From positions 1,110,001 to 1,142,000 of the forward strand of contig NZ_AP013043.1 in assembly GCF_016592615.1 (NCBI RefSeq): a DNA stretch of 32,000 nucleotides, written 5' to 3'. This document shows, one piece after another, positions 1-12,667 of the stretch; positions within the stretch are counted from its first letter, which is position 1; each line of letters starts with the position of its first letter. This stretch comes from Isorropodon fossajaponicum endosymbiont JTNG4 (GTDB lineage: Bacteria; Pseudomonadota; Gammaproteobacteria; PS1; Pseudothioglobaceae). The translations under genes were made by a program, and so were the position numbers. The notes under the pieces are model-generated. The model saw only the letters and a program-made list of their open reading frames with translations. It was not told where the DNA came from and ran no database searches.

Positions 1-1215
1 GGCTATTTAGTGGATGAATTCAAAAAAGACCAAGGTGTTGATTTAACTAATGACCCCATGGCGCTGCAGCGCTTAAAGGAAGCAGCTGAAAAAGCCAAGA
101 TTGAATTGTCTTCTTCTGAACAAACTGACGTCAACTTGCCTTACGTGACTGCAGATGCATCAGGTCCTAAGCACCTTAACATTAAAATCACTCGTGCTAA
201 GTTAGAATCACTAGTTGAAGACCTACTCAAACGTACTATTGAACCATGTAAAACTGCACTTAAAGATGCAGATTTATCTGCAAGTGATATTGATGAAGTT
301 ATCTTAGTAGGTGGTCAAACACGTATGCCTAAAGTAACAAAAATGGTGCAAGACTTCTTTGGTAAAGAACCTAAAAAAGATGTCAACCCTGACGAAGCAG
401 TAGCGATGGGTGCTGCAATTCAAGCAGGTGTATTAAGTGGTGATGTTAAAGACGTATTGTTATTAGATGTAACGCCATTATCTTTAGGCATTGAAACCAT
501 GGGTGGTATTATGACTAAATTAATTGAGAAAAACACAACCATCCCCACCAATGCAAGCCAAATTTTTTCAACCGCAGCTGACAATCAATCCGCAGTAACT
601 GTACATGTGTTACAAGGTGAACGTGATATAGCTAGTGCCAATAAATCATTAGGTCAATTCAACCTTGAAAACATCCCCAATGCACCCAAAGGCCAGCCTC
701 AAGTTGAAGTGACATTTGACATTGATTCTGATGGCATCTTGGATGTCTCTGCCAAAGACAAAAATACTGGTAAAGAGCAATCAATCACCATTAAAGCCTC
801 ATCTGGCTTGAGTGATGAGGAAGTTGAAAAAATGATCAAAGATGCTGAAGCACATGCTGATGAGGATAAAAAATTCCAAGAATTAGTCACCAGTAAGAAC
901 ATGGCAGATTCCTTGATACACTCAACCAAGCAAACTCTAGAAGAGCTAAAAGATGAAGTTTCTGATGATGAAAAATCAGCGATTGAAATGGCCATTACCG
1001 AGCTTGAAAAAGCCGTTAAAGACGATGATAAAGAAGCCATTGATGCCAAGGTTCAAACTTTAAGTGAAAAAGCACAACCATTAGCTGAAAAAGCACAACC
1101 ATTAGCTGAAAAAGCACAAGCCAAAGCAGGTGCTGAAAATACCTCGCAAAAAGAGTCAAACGCTGATGACGATGTGGTTGATGCTGACTTTGAAGAGGTT
1201 AAAGACGATAAATAA
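1..1215 (+). CDS. dnaK: Chaperone DnaK (Hsp70), C-terminal ~405 aa; the 5' end lies upstream of the window
   Basis: Frame 1 is open from nt 1 ([38 protein letters not shown]). It carries Hsp70 substrate-binding and lid motifs ([25 protein letters not shown]) and an acidic C-terminus ([11 protein letters not shown]). dnaJ follows. Confidence 0.97.
   Translation, partial: GYLVDEFKKDQGVDLTNDPMALQRLKEAAEKAKIELSSSEQTDVNLPYVTADASGPKHLNIKITRAKLESLVEDLLKRTIEPCKTALKDADLSASDIDEVILVGGQTRMPKVTKMVQDFFGKEPKKDVNPDEAVAMGAAIQAGVLSGDVKDVLLLDVTPLSLGIETMGGIMTKLIEKNTTIPTNASQIFSTAADNQSAVTVHVLQGERDIASANKSLGQFNLENIPNAPKGQPQVEVTFDIDSDGILDVSAKDKNTGKEQSITIKASSGLSDEEVEKMIKDAEAHADEDKKFQELVTSKNMADSLIHSTKQTLEELKDEVSDDEKSAIEMAITELEKAVKDDDKEAIDAKVQTLSEKAQPLAEKAQPLAEKAQAKAGAENTSQKESNADDDVVDADFEEVKDDK
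1066..1119 (+). repeat. In-frame 21-bp tandem repeat (about 2.6 copies of gaaaaagcacaaccattagct) in the dnaK C-terminal tail
   Basis: Direct reading gives unit 1 at 1066-1086, an identical unit 2 at 1087-1107 and a partial unit at 1108-1119. It encodes [18 protein letters not shown]. Confidence 0.9.
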
Positions 1216-1236
1216 AAGGTTAAAAACCTAACTACT

Positions 1237-1276
1237 AAAACCTTCCTTAAGAGATAGCACTTGAGGAGGGTTTTTT
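1237..1276 (+). terminator. Hairpin plus T-run between dnaK and dnaJ (possible attenuating intrinsic terminator)
   Basis: aaaaccttcctt (1237-1248) pairs with gaggagggtttt (1263-1274), allowing two G-U pairs, around a 14-nt loop. A run of six T follows the last G of the right arm (1271-1276), its first four bases lying within that arm. Confidence 0.45.
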
Positions 1277-1293
1277 AATAATAAGGCAAAAAC

Positions 1294-3689
<2,396 letters not shown>

Positions 3690-3722
3690 ACTCATTACTT
3701 TATATAACAAGTTAGCAACTGA

Positions 3723-5006
3723 TTGGAATCACTCTCAACTTTTTGGCTTAGTATCATCCTTTTTGGACTGATACTAAGTTCTGCATTTTTCTCTAGTGCT
3801 GAAACTTCAATGATGACGATTAATCGCTATCGTCTGAAAGTCTTAAGTAAAAATAATAAAAATGCAAAACGTACCGAGCATTTACTTAATGACTTAGACC
3901 ATCTAATTGGTACAATTCTATTAGGCAACAACTTTGTTAATATTTTTGCCTCTAGTATTACAACCATACTCGCCATTAAACTATGGGGCGAGGGCTCAAT
4001 TGTACTGGCCTCTTTAGCGTTAACTTTTATTATCTTGGTTTTTTCAGAAACAACCCCTAAAACATTTGCCGCTAAAAATCCTGAAAAAATTGCCCTACCA
4101 GCCTCAATTATTATTACAGCGTTAATCAAGTTGTTTAAGCCTTTTGTTTGGCTAATTGCCCAATTGTCAAAGATGATATTAGCATTATTTGGTATGAAAA
4201 ACGAACCACACAACAACCTTATTAGCTCAGAAGAGTTAAAAATGGTGGTGAGTGATGCCAAGCCCATTATTGCTTCTAATTATCAAAAAATGTTGCTTAA
4301 TATTATTGACTTAGAGAAGGTTAAAGTTGAAGATATTATGATTCCTAGACACGAGTTAATTAGTGTTGATATTAACAAGCCTGATGAAATTTTAAAACAA
4401 TTTGAGCGTATACAACACACTAGATTACTCACTTATGATACATCAAGTGATAATATTACTGGCGTATTACACATGCGTGATATTGTAAATTTATACGCCA
4501 AAGGTGATTTTAGCATTGACAATGCATTGGCATTGGTTCGCACGCCTTATTTTGTGCCCGAAGGTACCAGCCTTGCTCACCAATTAGCACATTTTCAACA
4601 ACAAAAAAGACGACTGGGTTTGATTGTGGATGAATATGGAGAAGTGCGTGGCATGATTGTATTAGAAGACATCTTAGAAGAAATTGTAGGGCAATTCACC
4701 TCAAACCAAAATGAAAGTATTGACGAAATTACTAAGCAAAAAGACGGTAGTTACTTGATTGACCCCAGAATTAGTATACGAGAATTAAACAATTTATTAC
4801 AATTAAACTTATCCGTCACTAAAGCAAAAACCCTAAACGGCTTAATTTTAGAAACATTGCAAAGCATTCCTAAGCGTGATATTAGTTTAAAAATTGACAA
4901 TGTATTGATTGAAATTATGCAGATTTCTGAGCAAACTATTAAGCTGGTTAAGTTGACAAAATTAGACCAAAGCCTGTCCCATCCTAACTACCTCAGCTTC
5001 CTTTAA
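3723..5006 (+). CDS. corB: CNNM/DUF21-CBS-CorC_HlyC family transporter (CorB/YfjD-like), TTG start
   Basis: It aligns from residue 1 with E. coli YfjD as I remember it (SAETSMMTINRYRL, PKTFAAKNPEKIA, LEDILEEIVGQFTS). Length 427 aa with several N-terminal TM helices. Confidence 0.9.
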   Translation: MESLSTFWLSIILFGLILSSAFFSSAETSMMTINRYRLKVLSKNNKNAKRTEHLLNDLDHLIGTILLGNNFVNIFASSITTILAIKLWGEGSIVLASLALTFIILVFSETTPKTFAAKNPEKIALPASIIITALIKLFKPFVWLIAQLSKMILALFGMKNEPHNNLISSEELKMVVSDAKPIIASNYQKMLLNIIDLEKVKVEDIMIPRHELISVDINKPDEILKQFERIQHTRLLTYDTSSDNITGVLHMRDIVNLYAKGDFSIDNALALVRTPYFVPEGTSLAHQLAHFQQQKRRLGLIVDEYGEVRGMIVLEDILEEIVGQFTSNQNESIDEITKQKDGSYLIDPRISIRELNNLLQLNLSVTKAKTLNGLILETLQSIPKRDISLKIDNVLIEIMQISEQTIKLVKLTKLDQSLSHPNYLSFL

Positions 5007-5774
5007 AAAAAAATTATTAGTTTGATTTGGCATCAACATAATCACAGTTGAGCCCATATTAAATCGACCCAATTCTTGGCCTTTTTTAAGGCTTATACTG
5101 TCATTTGAATAATCAAAATGTTGAATTTGTTTTTGATAAGGTGGATTAATTTGACCATGCCACACAGTTTGCATTGAACCTACAAAAATAGCACCCACTA
5201 AAACAAACGCGCACAAGCCAAATTCAGTCTCAAAATAGCACACAACACGCTCATTCCTAGCAAATAACCCATCCACATTTTCAGCAGTGGTTTGATTCAC
5301 TGAAAACAAATCACCTGGAATATAACTCATTGAAATTAGTTTGCCATCATAAGGCATATGAATGCGATGATAATCTTTAGGTGATAAATAAATAGTGGTA
5401 AAAAAACCCGTCTTGAATTCAACACTTTTAATGTCATTACCCAGCAACTGCCCAACGCTATATCTATGGTTTTTAGCTTGAATGATTTGAGTATTATTAA
5501 TATTGCCAACTTTCGATACTTTGCCATCCACAGGGCAAACAATCAAGCTGTCAGCAATTTGTCTAGCATCTGGTTTTAATACCCTGGTAAAAAAATCATT
5601 AAAGTGCTGGTAATCTTCAATATTTTCACGCGCTGCTTCGGATAGATTCACCTGATAAGACCTCACAAACCAAGCAATAAACCTATTTTTCAGCCAAACA
5701 GTTTTAATACGTGCAAAACGAAACATTAACTTTGATAGCCAATGCTGAGGGATAACATACTGCCACCAAATCAT
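4962..5774 (-). CDS. psd: Phosphatidylserine decarboxylase proenzyme
   Basis: It has the GST self-cleavage motif (GRFNMGSTVIML), YLSPKDYHRIHMP and a VRMGQALV C-terminus like E. coli KIGQPLA. The start is 6 nt downstream of the proS stop. Confidence 0.93.
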   Translation of the reverse strand: MIWWQYVIPQHWLSKLMFRFARIKTVWLKNRFIAWFVRSYQVNLSEAARENIEDYQHFNDFFTRVLKPDARQIADSLIVCPVDGKVSKVGNINNTQIIQAKNHRYSVGQLLGNDIKSVEFKTGFFTTIYLSPKDYHRIHMPYDGKLISMSYIPGDLFSVNQTTAENVDGLFARNERVVCYFETEFGLCAFVLVGAIFVGSMQTVWHGQINPPYQKQIQHFDYSNDSISLKKGQELGRFNMGSTVIMLMPNQTNNFFLKEAEVVRMGQALV

Positions 5775-5780
5775 AATTTT

Positions 5781-7463
5781 TTATATCAGCTTGGATTGAA
5801 TAAATGACAAGGCATCATCAAATGTCACTTCTATTTTATCTGCTTTATCTCTAGCCTTGTACTCCACATTGCCATTATCAGCATGCGTGTCACTAATCAC
5901 TATTCTGTGTGGAATACCAAGTAGCTCAGAATCAGCAAACATAATACCAGCACGCTCTTTTCTATCATCTAGTAAAGCTTCAATATCTGCCTCAATAAAC
6001 TGCTGATAAAGCTTGTCAGCCAATGCTTTCACACGAGTGGATTTATTATAATTAATGGGCACAATAACAATTTGAAAAGGCGCAATCGCTTGAGGAAAAA
6101 TAATCCCCTTATCGTCATAATTTTGCTCAATAGAAGCTGCAATAATACGCGTCACACCAATGCCATAACAGCCCATTGTGGTTGTGACTGCCTTGCCAGA
6201 CTCTCCAATGACGTTGGCTTTCATAGCACTAGAATATTTAGTACCTAGCTGAAAAATATGCCCCACTTCAATACCACGTTTAATCATCAACTTTCCTTTA
6301 CCATCTGGGGAATCATCTCCTTCTACAGCGTTGCGTAAATCAGCATCAACAAATTCAATACCCTGCCAATTGACACTCGTTAGATGATAATCCCACTCAT
6401 TTGCACCGCAAACAAAATCACACAATACGCTGGCTGAATAATCAATAATCAAATCAATGTCTAAATTTTTAATACCTATAAAACCTTTCTTTAAATTTAA
6501 ATTCTTAATCTCATCCTCTGTTGCAAGCTCAAAATCACCAAATAAATTATGCACTTTGATTTCATTTAACTCATGGTCGCCACGTAATGCTAAAGCTTTA
6601 AAACCACCCTTGATTTTAATAATTAAAATTTTAACACAATCTGATTTCTTAACATTCAAAAATTCAGCAACTTCTTCGATACTGGTTTTCTTCTTGGTTA
6701 GAACTTTTTCCTCAGTCAGTGTGGACTTACAAGTTTTCTCCTGTTTTGAAAAAGCAACTTTTTCGATATTAGCCGCATAATCTGACTCATCTGAGAAACA
6801 AATGACGTCCTCTCCACTTTCTGCCAACACATGAAATTCATGCGAAGCATCTCCACCAATTGAGCCAGAATCTGCCAAAACTGCACGATAATCAAGACCC
6901 AATCGGTCAAAAATATTTGAGTAAGTTTTATGCATCAACTCATAAGTTTGTTGTAAAGAGGCTTGGTCAAGATGGAATGAATAGGCATCTTTCATGATAA
7001 ATTCACGCGAACGCATCACCCCAAAACGAGGACGAATTTCATCTCTAAACTTGGTTTGAATTTGATAAAAATTCGTAGGTAGTTGTTTATAACTACGCAA
7101 ATATTGCGCTGCCAAATGCGTAATGACCTCTTCATGCGTTGGCCCTAGGCAAAATTCACGCTGGTGACGATCGGTAAAACGCAATAACTCAGCACCATAT
7201 TTATCCCATCTGCCAGAAGCTTGCCAAAGTTCTGCAGGCTGAGCAACAGGCATAAGCACTTCTTGGGCGCCTGATTTATTCATTTCTTCTCGAATAATAT
7301 TCTCAACTTTATGCAATACTCTTACCCCCATTGGCAAATATGAGTACAAACCCGATGCCAATTTAGAAATAAGTCCTGCTCGAATCATGAGTTGATGTGA
7401 GATAATTTTCGCATCATTTGGTGCTTCTTTTTGAGTCGAGATTAAAAGCTTCGTTGTTTTCAT
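5781..7463 (-). CDS. proS: Prolyl-tRNA synthetase (bacterial type with editing insertion)
   Basis: 560 aa with class II motifs ([38 protein letters not shown]) and an N-terminal MIRAGLI. Confidence 0.97.
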   Translation of the reverse strand: MKTTKLLISTQKEAPNDAKIISHQLMIRAGLISKLASGLYSYLPMGVRVLHKVENIIREEMNKSGAQEVLMPVAQPAELWQASGRWDKYGAELLRFTDRHQREFCLGPTHEEVITHLAAQYLRSYKQLPTNFYQIQTKFRDEIRPRFGVMRSREFIMKDAYSFHLDQASLQQTYELMHKTYSNIFDRLGLDYRAVLADSGSIGGDASHEFHVLAESGEDVICFSDESDYAANIEKVAFSKQEKTCKSTLTEEKVLTKKKTSIEEVAEFLNVKKSDCVKILIIKIKGGFKALALRGDHELNEIKVHNLFGDFELATEDEIKNLNLKKGFIGIKNLDIDLIIDYSASVLCDFVCGANEWDYHLTSVNWQGIEFVDADLRNAVEGDDSPDGKGKLMIKRGIEVGHIFQLGTKYSSAMKANVIGESGKAVTTTMGCYGIGVTRIIAASIEQNYDDKGIIFPQAIAPFQIVIVPINYNKSTRVKALADKLYQQFIEADIEALLDDRKERAGIMFADSELLGIPHRIVISDTHADNGNVEYKARDKADKIEVTFDDALSFIQSKLI

Positions 7464-7470
7464 TTATAAT
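7442..7470 (+). promoter_or_regulatory. Candidate sigma70 promoter for the M50 protease gene (TTAAAA-17-TATAAT)
   Basis: TATAAT at 7465-7470 sits in the 34-bp divergent spacer. The -35-like ttaaaa at 7442-7447 lies inside the first codons of proS. The ATG is at 7498. Confidence 0.35.
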
Positions 7471-7497
7471 GACAAGAAAAAATACTCAATTTTACCT

Positions 7498-8127
7498 ATG
7501 CCCGATATTCAAACACTTTTAATTTGGACAATTCCCGTATTATTTGCAATCACTGTGCATGAAACAGCGCATGGCTGGGTTGCCTCAAAACTGGGTGACC
7601 ATAGTGCCAGAATGATGGGCAGACTTACCCTTAACCCTATCAAGCACATTGACCCAGTTGGCACTATTTTAGTGCCTGCATTTTTATACTTTACCTCAGG
7701 GTTTATTTTTGGCTGGGCCAAGCCTGTGCCTGTTAATTTTAATGCACTTAGATCGCCTAAAAAAGACATGCTTTGGGTAGCGATTGCTGGACCTGTGTCA
7801 AATTTCATTATGGCAATTGCATGGCTGATAATAATTTTACTGGCAGTTAATATCGGCTCCCAATTTCTAATTGATATGGGACAAGTTGGTGTTCAAATTA
7901 ACTTGATATTAGCAGTGCTTAATCTATTGCCTTTGCCACCACTTGATGGTGGTCGCGTTGTAAGCTCATTACTACCAAGAAAACTGTCTTATCAATACGA
8001 CCAGTTAGAGCCTTATGGTTTGTATATTTTGTTGGGTTTGTTGTTTTTAGGTGTGTTTCAATGGGTTGTCTTTCCCGTTGTTAAAATCATCCAGCAATTT
8101 ATGTTTAGCGTTACTGGCCTCATTTAA
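7498..8127 (+). CDS. Site-2 protease (peptidase M50) family membrane metalloprotease
   Basis: HExxH in the first TM helix (VHETAHGW), an NLLPLPPLDGG motif and a polytopic membrane profile. Length 209 aa. Confidence 0.85.
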   Translation: MPDIQTLLIWTIPVLFAITVHETAHGWVASKLGDHSARMMGRLTLNPIKHIDPVGTILVPAFLYFTSGFIFGWAKPVPVNFNALRSPKKDMLWVAIAGPVSNFIMAIAWLIIILLAVNIGSQFLIDMGQVGVQINLILAVLNLLPLPPLDGGRVVSSLLPRKLSYQYDQLEPYGLYILLGLLFLGVFQWVVFPVVKIIQQFMFSVTGLI

Positions 8128-9497
8128 GAAGAGCAACTTACTGCGAGCCCTTGCGCCCAATCAGGTGCTTTATGAGTATAAGATGTCATGTCTTGGTGAA
8201 CTTCAAAGGGCTTGCTTAATAAATCAAACAAAATTGCTATTTCAGTATAGTCTTTGTCATCTTCTGCCTTTCGGATTGCCACCTCTGCTAAGTGATTACG
8301 TAAAATATAATTAGGATTTACGCTATTCATCATACTGATTCTATTATGATTATTTTCTTGAGATAGTCGCTTATCATACAACCCAATCCAATCACTAAAA
8401 TCAGCATCAATGACCAATTTATCCACATCAGATAACTGCCTTAATGAATTGGTGTGGTCTTTTTTATGTTGATACAACACGTCAAAAAATTGCGTAATTA
8501 ATGCATGGTCTTGCTTGTCTTTTTCACGCAAGCCAAATTTCTGCCTCATTAATACAGAATATGACTCAACCAAGTAGTTTTGATATTTGTCCAGCACTGA
8601 TTTTGCTTGTTTGGCATTGATTAAACTTGACAAACTATCCGCCAAACGAGATAAATTCCACAAAGCAATATTTGGCTGCTGATCAAAGCCATAACGACCC
8701 TCATGATCAGAATGGTTGCAGATAAATTTAGGATTATAAGTTTCTAAAAAGCCAAATGGCCCATAATCAATCGTTAATCCAAGAATTGATATATTGTCCG
8801 TATTCATCACCCCATGTGCAAAACCCTGTGCTTGCCAATGCGCAATCATAATTGCTGTTTTCTGCACCACTTCATTAAAAAAATCAACATATTGATTTTC
8901 ACCTTGACAATACTGGTAATGATGTTCAATCACAAAATCAGCCAATTGCTTCACTTGAGAAGTTTGACCACGTGAAGCAAACAGTTCAAAATGACCAAAA
9001 CGAATATGACTAGGTGCACAGCGCATAACAATTGCCCCTGTTTCAATACTTTCTCGATAAACCTCGCTATGACTACCAACCAATGTTAGTGCTTCTGTAG
9101 TGGGAATATTTAAGCCTTTCATAGCGATTGAACATAAGTATTCACGAATAGATGAACGCAATACTGCACGACCATCTGCGCCACGCGAATAAGGCGTTTG
9201 TCCTGCACCTTTAAGTGACAGTTCAATGCCTTGTAATTGTCCTATTAAACAAGAACGACCATCACCTAATTGGGGCGCGAAATAACCAAACTGATGCCCT
9301 GCATAAATACTAGCAATGGGTTGAGTGTGTTGGAATTTCTTTTCGCCTGAGGCAATATTTAATAATTCATTATCCTTAATAGACAATTTAAGTCTGTCTT
9401 GTAATGCTTGGTTTTTATGAATTAAAAAAGGTTGTTTTAATGATTGAGTATCAATGTCTGAGAAAAAATCACGACCTAGCGTGGCAAAATCTAGCAC
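8124..9497 (-). CDS. selO: Protein adenylyltransferase SelO (YdiU/UPF0061), GTG start
   Basis: YAGHQFGYFAPQLGDGRSCLIG and HGVMNTDNISILGLTIDYGPFGF are SelO/YdiU signatures. The start codon lies 4 nt after the gatB stop. Confidence 0.92.
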   Translation of the reverse strand: MLDFATLGRDFFSDIDTQSLKQPFLIHKNQALQDRLKLSIKDNELLNIASGEKKFQHTQPIASIYAGHQFGYFAPQLGDGRSCLIGQLQGIELSLKGAGQTPYSRGADGRAVLRSSIREYLCSIAMKGLNIPTTEALTLVGSHSEVYRESIETGAIVMRCAPSHIRFGHFELFASRGQTSQVKQLADFVIEHHYQYCQGENQYVDFFNEVVQKTAIMIAHWQAQGFAHGVMNTDNISILGLTIDYGPFGFLETYNPKFICNHSDHEGRYGFDQQPNIALWNLSRLADSLSSLINAKQAKSVLDKYQNYLVESYSVLMRQKFGLREKDKQDHALITQFFDVLYQHKKDHTNSLRQLSDVDKLVIDADFSDWIGLYDKRLSQENNHNRISMMNSVNPNYILRNHLAEVAIRKAEDDKDYTEIAILFDLLSKPFEVHQDMTSYTHKAPDWAQGLAVSCSS

Positions 9498-9501
9498 GCT
9501 T

Positions 9502-10932
9502 TTAAGACAACTTATCTTTAAGCAGTTCGTTGACTTGTTTAGGATTGGCCTTGCCAGCAGTAAGTTTCATGATTTGACCAACAAAAAAGCCAAAAATCTT
9601 ATCATTGCCCGATTTAAACTGAGCGACTTGTGGCGCATTATTAGCAATCACCTGTTCTACAATTGCTTCAATTTCACCCATATCAGTCATTTGCTTTAAG
9701 CCTTTAGCTTGAATAATTTCATCTGCATTATCTTCGCTATTCCACATGGCTTTAAACACGTCTTTAGCAGCTTTTCCAGAAATGGTATCATCACTAATAC
9801 GACTGATTAATAGTGACAAGGCTTGCGCAGTAATGGGTGAGTTTTGAATATCAATTTGATGCTTATTCAAAGAGGCTGATAATTCACCCATGACCCAGTT
9901 AGCACATAATTTAGCATTGCTAGCATGATGATCAAGCATGGTCTCAAAATAGTCAGCCAAAGGTTTTTGCAAGGTAAGCACATCTGCATCATAGTCACTC
10001 AAGCCTAATTCTGCAACAAACCTTGCTTTTTTCTGGGTGGGTAATTCTGGTAAAGTTTGCCTTATCCTTTCTAATAATTCATCAGAAATCTCAACAGGCA
10101 GTAAATCTGGGTCTGGAAAATAGCGATAATCATTAGCCTCTTCTTTTGAACGCATAGAGCGCGTTTCATGTTTCACCGAATCATACAAACGAGTTTCTTG
10201 CACAATACTACCGCCCTCTTCAAGAATGTCTTGCTGGCGTTCAACTTCCAAATTAATCGCACGTTCTAAAAATTTAAATGAGTTGATATTTTTTAATTCT
10301 GCACGCGTGCCAAGCTTTTTTTGCCCTTTGGGGCGAATAGAGACATTCGCATCACAACGAAATGAGCCTTCTTGCATATTGCCATCACAAATATCAATAT
10401 ATTGCACCAAGGTGTGAATTTTTTTAGCATAGACCACCGCCTCTTTAGCACTGCGCATGTCAGGCTCGGAGACAATTTCAAGTAAAGGCGTGCCTGCACG
10501 GTTTAAGTCAATTGCAGTATCATCATCAAACATATCATGTATAGACTTTCCTGCATCTTCTTCTAAGTGCGCACGTGTAATGCCAACTACCTTGGTTTGC
10601 TCACCAAGCGTGATTTCAATCTTGCCTTCACCCACAATAGGCCAGTCCATTTGTGAAATTTGGTAGCCTTTTGGTAAATCTGGGTAAAAATAATTCTTTC
10701 TATCAAATATATTACGCTGATTAATATGTGCATTAATCGCCACGCCAAATTTGATTGCCTTATTAACCGCTTCAACATTAAGCACAGGCAAAACACCTGG
10801 TAATCCTAAATCAACAGCGCAAGCCTGTGAATTAGGCTTTTGACCATACTGAGTTGAGGCAGCTGAAAAAATCTTAGATTTAGTGTTTAATTGCGCATGA
10901 ATTTCCAAGCCAATAACTGTTTCCCACTCCAT
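9502..10932 (-). CDS. gatB: Asp-tRNA(Asn)/Glu-tRNA(Gln) amidotransferase subunit B
   Basis: [39 protein letters not shown] and a C-terminal GatB/YqeY domain. It sits 1 nt after gatA. Confidence 0.97.
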   Translation of the reverse strand: MEWETVIGLEIHAQLNTKSKIFSAASTQYGQKPNSQACAVDLGLPGVLPVLNVEAVNKAIKFGVAINAHINQRNIFDRKNYFYPDLPKGYQISQMDWPIVGEGKIEITLGEQTKVVGITRAHLEEDAGKSIHDMFDDDTAIDLNRAGTPLLEIVSEPDMRSAKEAVVYAKKIHTLVQYIDICDGNMQEGSFRCDANVSIRPKGQKKLGTRAELKNINSFKFLERAINLEVERQQDILEEGGSIVQETRLYDSVKHETRSMRSKEEANDYRYFPDPDLLPVEISDELLERIRQTLPELPTQKKARFVAELGLSDYDADVLTLQKPLADYFETMLDHHASNAKLCANWVMGELSASLNKHQIDIQNSPITAQALSLLISRISDDTISGKAAKDVFKAMWNSEDNADEIIQAKGLKQMTDMGEIEAIVEQVIANNAPQVAQFKSGNDKIFGFFVGQIMKLTAGKANPKQVNELLKDKLS

Positions 10933-10933
10933 A

Positions 10934-12376
10934 CTAGCACTCCTGTGGCGTTTTTAAATGCCAGTCAGTTTGTAATTGAAATTGATGCGCGATATTAAGC
11001 AGCTTAGATTCTGACCAGTAGTTGCCAATGAGTTGCAACCCTACTGGTAATTTTTGCGCAAAACCTGCTGGAATACTCATACCTGGCAAGCCTGCCAAGT
11101 TGGCGCTGAGTGTGTAAATATCTGCCAAATACATAGAAACCGGGTCTTTTACTGAGCCTAAATCAAATGCAGTTGTGGGGGAAACTGGCCCCATAATCAC
11201 ATCAACCTGCTCAAATACTTTTTTAAAATCATCACTAATCAAGTGGCGCACTTTCTGCGCTTTAAGATAATAAGCGTCATAATAACCTGCTGATAAAGCA
11301 TAAGTACCAATCATAATACGACGCTTAACCTCTTCACCAAAGCCTTCTGAGCGTGAACGCAAATATAAATCCTCTAAGTTTTTCACATTTTTAGCGCGAT
11401 AGCCATATCTAACACCATCTAGGCGCGATAAATTTGATGAACACTCACAAGGGGCGACAATGTAATAAGCGGGAATAGCATGGGTTGAATTAGGTAATGA
11501 CACCTCTTTAACAATCGCACCCATGGCTTCAAACTCTTTAACAGCAACCATAATATTATCAGCCACTTCATCATCTAAACCAGATGAAAAAAACTCCTTT
11601 GGCAATCCAATGGTTAACCCCTTAATCGAATCATTAAGATGGGTCGTATAATCTGGCACTTTTTGCTCAGCACTGGTTGAGTCTTTGTCGTCAAATCCAG
11701 CCATAACATTTAACACAATAGCTGCATCTTGCGCTGTTTTGGTCATCGGCCCTGCCTGATCAAGACTTGATGCATAAGCAATCATGCCATATCTTGATAT
11801 TCGGCCATAAGTAGGTTTAAGACCTGTAATGCCGCATAAACTTGCAGGCTGACGAATAGAGCCACCTGTATCTGTCCCTGTGGCAAAACAACTTAATCCG
11901 CCCGCAACACTCGCCGCTGAACCGCCTGATGATCCTCCTGGTATTTTTAAACGGTTCCATGGATTTTTAACCGTGCCATAAAACGAGTTTTCATTGCTAG
12001 AACCCATGGCAAATTCATCCATATTAGTCTTGCCCAACATCACTAAATCTGCCTGATTAAGTTTTTGACTCACGGTTGCATCATAAGGCGATACAAAAGT
12101 ATCTAGCATTTTAGAACCTGCTGAGGTTTTAACACCCTTGGTACAAAAGATGTCTTTATGGGCGTATGGAATACCTGTTAATATATTTGCATTACCTGAA
12201 GCAATTTTGTTATCTACTGCTTGGGCTTGAACTAATGCTAATTCGTCAGTTACTGTAATAAAAGCATTCAGGTTTGATTGATCAATGCGATTTAAATAGT
12301 GCTGCGTTAATTCAACACAAGAAAAATCTTTATCTTTAAGGCCTTGTGCCAGTTCAACAATGGTTTTAGTGTGCAT
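10934..12376 (-). CDS. gatA: Glutamyl-tRNA(Gln) amidotransferase subunit A
   Basis: Amidase signature [12 protein letters not shown] plus [14 protein letters not shown] place the start at ATG 12376 (MHTKTIVEL), 1 nt after the gatC stop. The track's longer ORF starts at TTG 12385. Confidence 0.95.
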   Translation of the reverse strand: MHTKTIVELAQGLKDKDFSCVELTQHYLNRIDQSNLNAFITVTDELALVQAQAVDNKIASGNANILTGIPYAHKDIFCTKGVKTSAGSKMLDTFVSPYDATVSQKLNQADLVMLGKTNMDEFAMGSSNENSFYGTVKNPWNRLKIPGGSSGGSAASVAGGLSCFATGTDTGGSIRQPASLCGITGLKPTYGRISRYGMIAYASSLDQAGPMTKTAQDAAIVLNVMAGFDDKDSTSAEQKVPDYTTHLNDSIKGLTIGLPKEFFSSGLDDEVADNIMVAVKEFEAMGAIVKEVSLPNSTHAIPAYYIVAPCECSSNLSRLDGVRYGYRAKNVKNLEDLYLRSRSEGFGEEVKRRIMIGTYALSAGYYDAYYLKAQKVRHLISDDFKKVFEQVDVIMGPVSPTTAFDLGSVKDPVSMYLADIYTLSANLAGLPGMSIPAGFAQKLPVGLQLIGNYWSESKLLNIAHQFQLQTDWHLKTPQEC

Positions 12377-12377
12377 A

Positions 12378-12665
12378 TTATTCAATAACAGTAGGCACTA
12401 AATAATAGCCATTGCTGGTTTTTGGCGCAACTGATTGAAATAATACTGACTGGTCTTGCTCAGCAACAATGTCTTCTCTAAGACGTTGAGACATGTGCAG
12501 TGGGTGTGACATTGGCTCAATACCATCAGTCTCAATATTAGCCAGTTGTTCAACCAAACTAAAAATAGCATTTAAATCTTGCGTATTGTCCTTGAGTTGT
12601 GCTTCATTGAGTGACAAACGCGCGAGATAAGTAATTTGACTTACTTGCTCTTCAGATAATGACAC
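12378..12665 (-). CDS. gatC: Glutamyl-tRNA(Gln) amidotransferase subunit C
   Basis: 95 aa with a GatC-like sequence (ITYLARLSL...EEQ...DLNAI...QL) and position immediately upstream of gatA. Confidence 0.92.
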   Translation of the reverse strand: MSLSEEQVSQITYLARLSLNEAQLKDNTQDLNAIFSLVEQLANIETDGIEPMSHPLHMSQRLREDIVAEQDQSVLFQSVAPKTSNGYYLVPTVIE

Positions 12666-12667
12666 AA

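Noticed and set aside
8419-8427. Perfect DnaA-box 9-mers: TTATCCACA at 8419-8427 and its reverse complement TGTGGATAA at 15930-15938. I considered these as possible oriC signatures.
   Set aside because: Both are isolated, lie inside coding sequence (selO and ileS) and are 7.5 kb apart. There is no A/T-rich unwinding element or cluster of boxes. One or two chance hits are expected in 64 kb of two-strand sequence.
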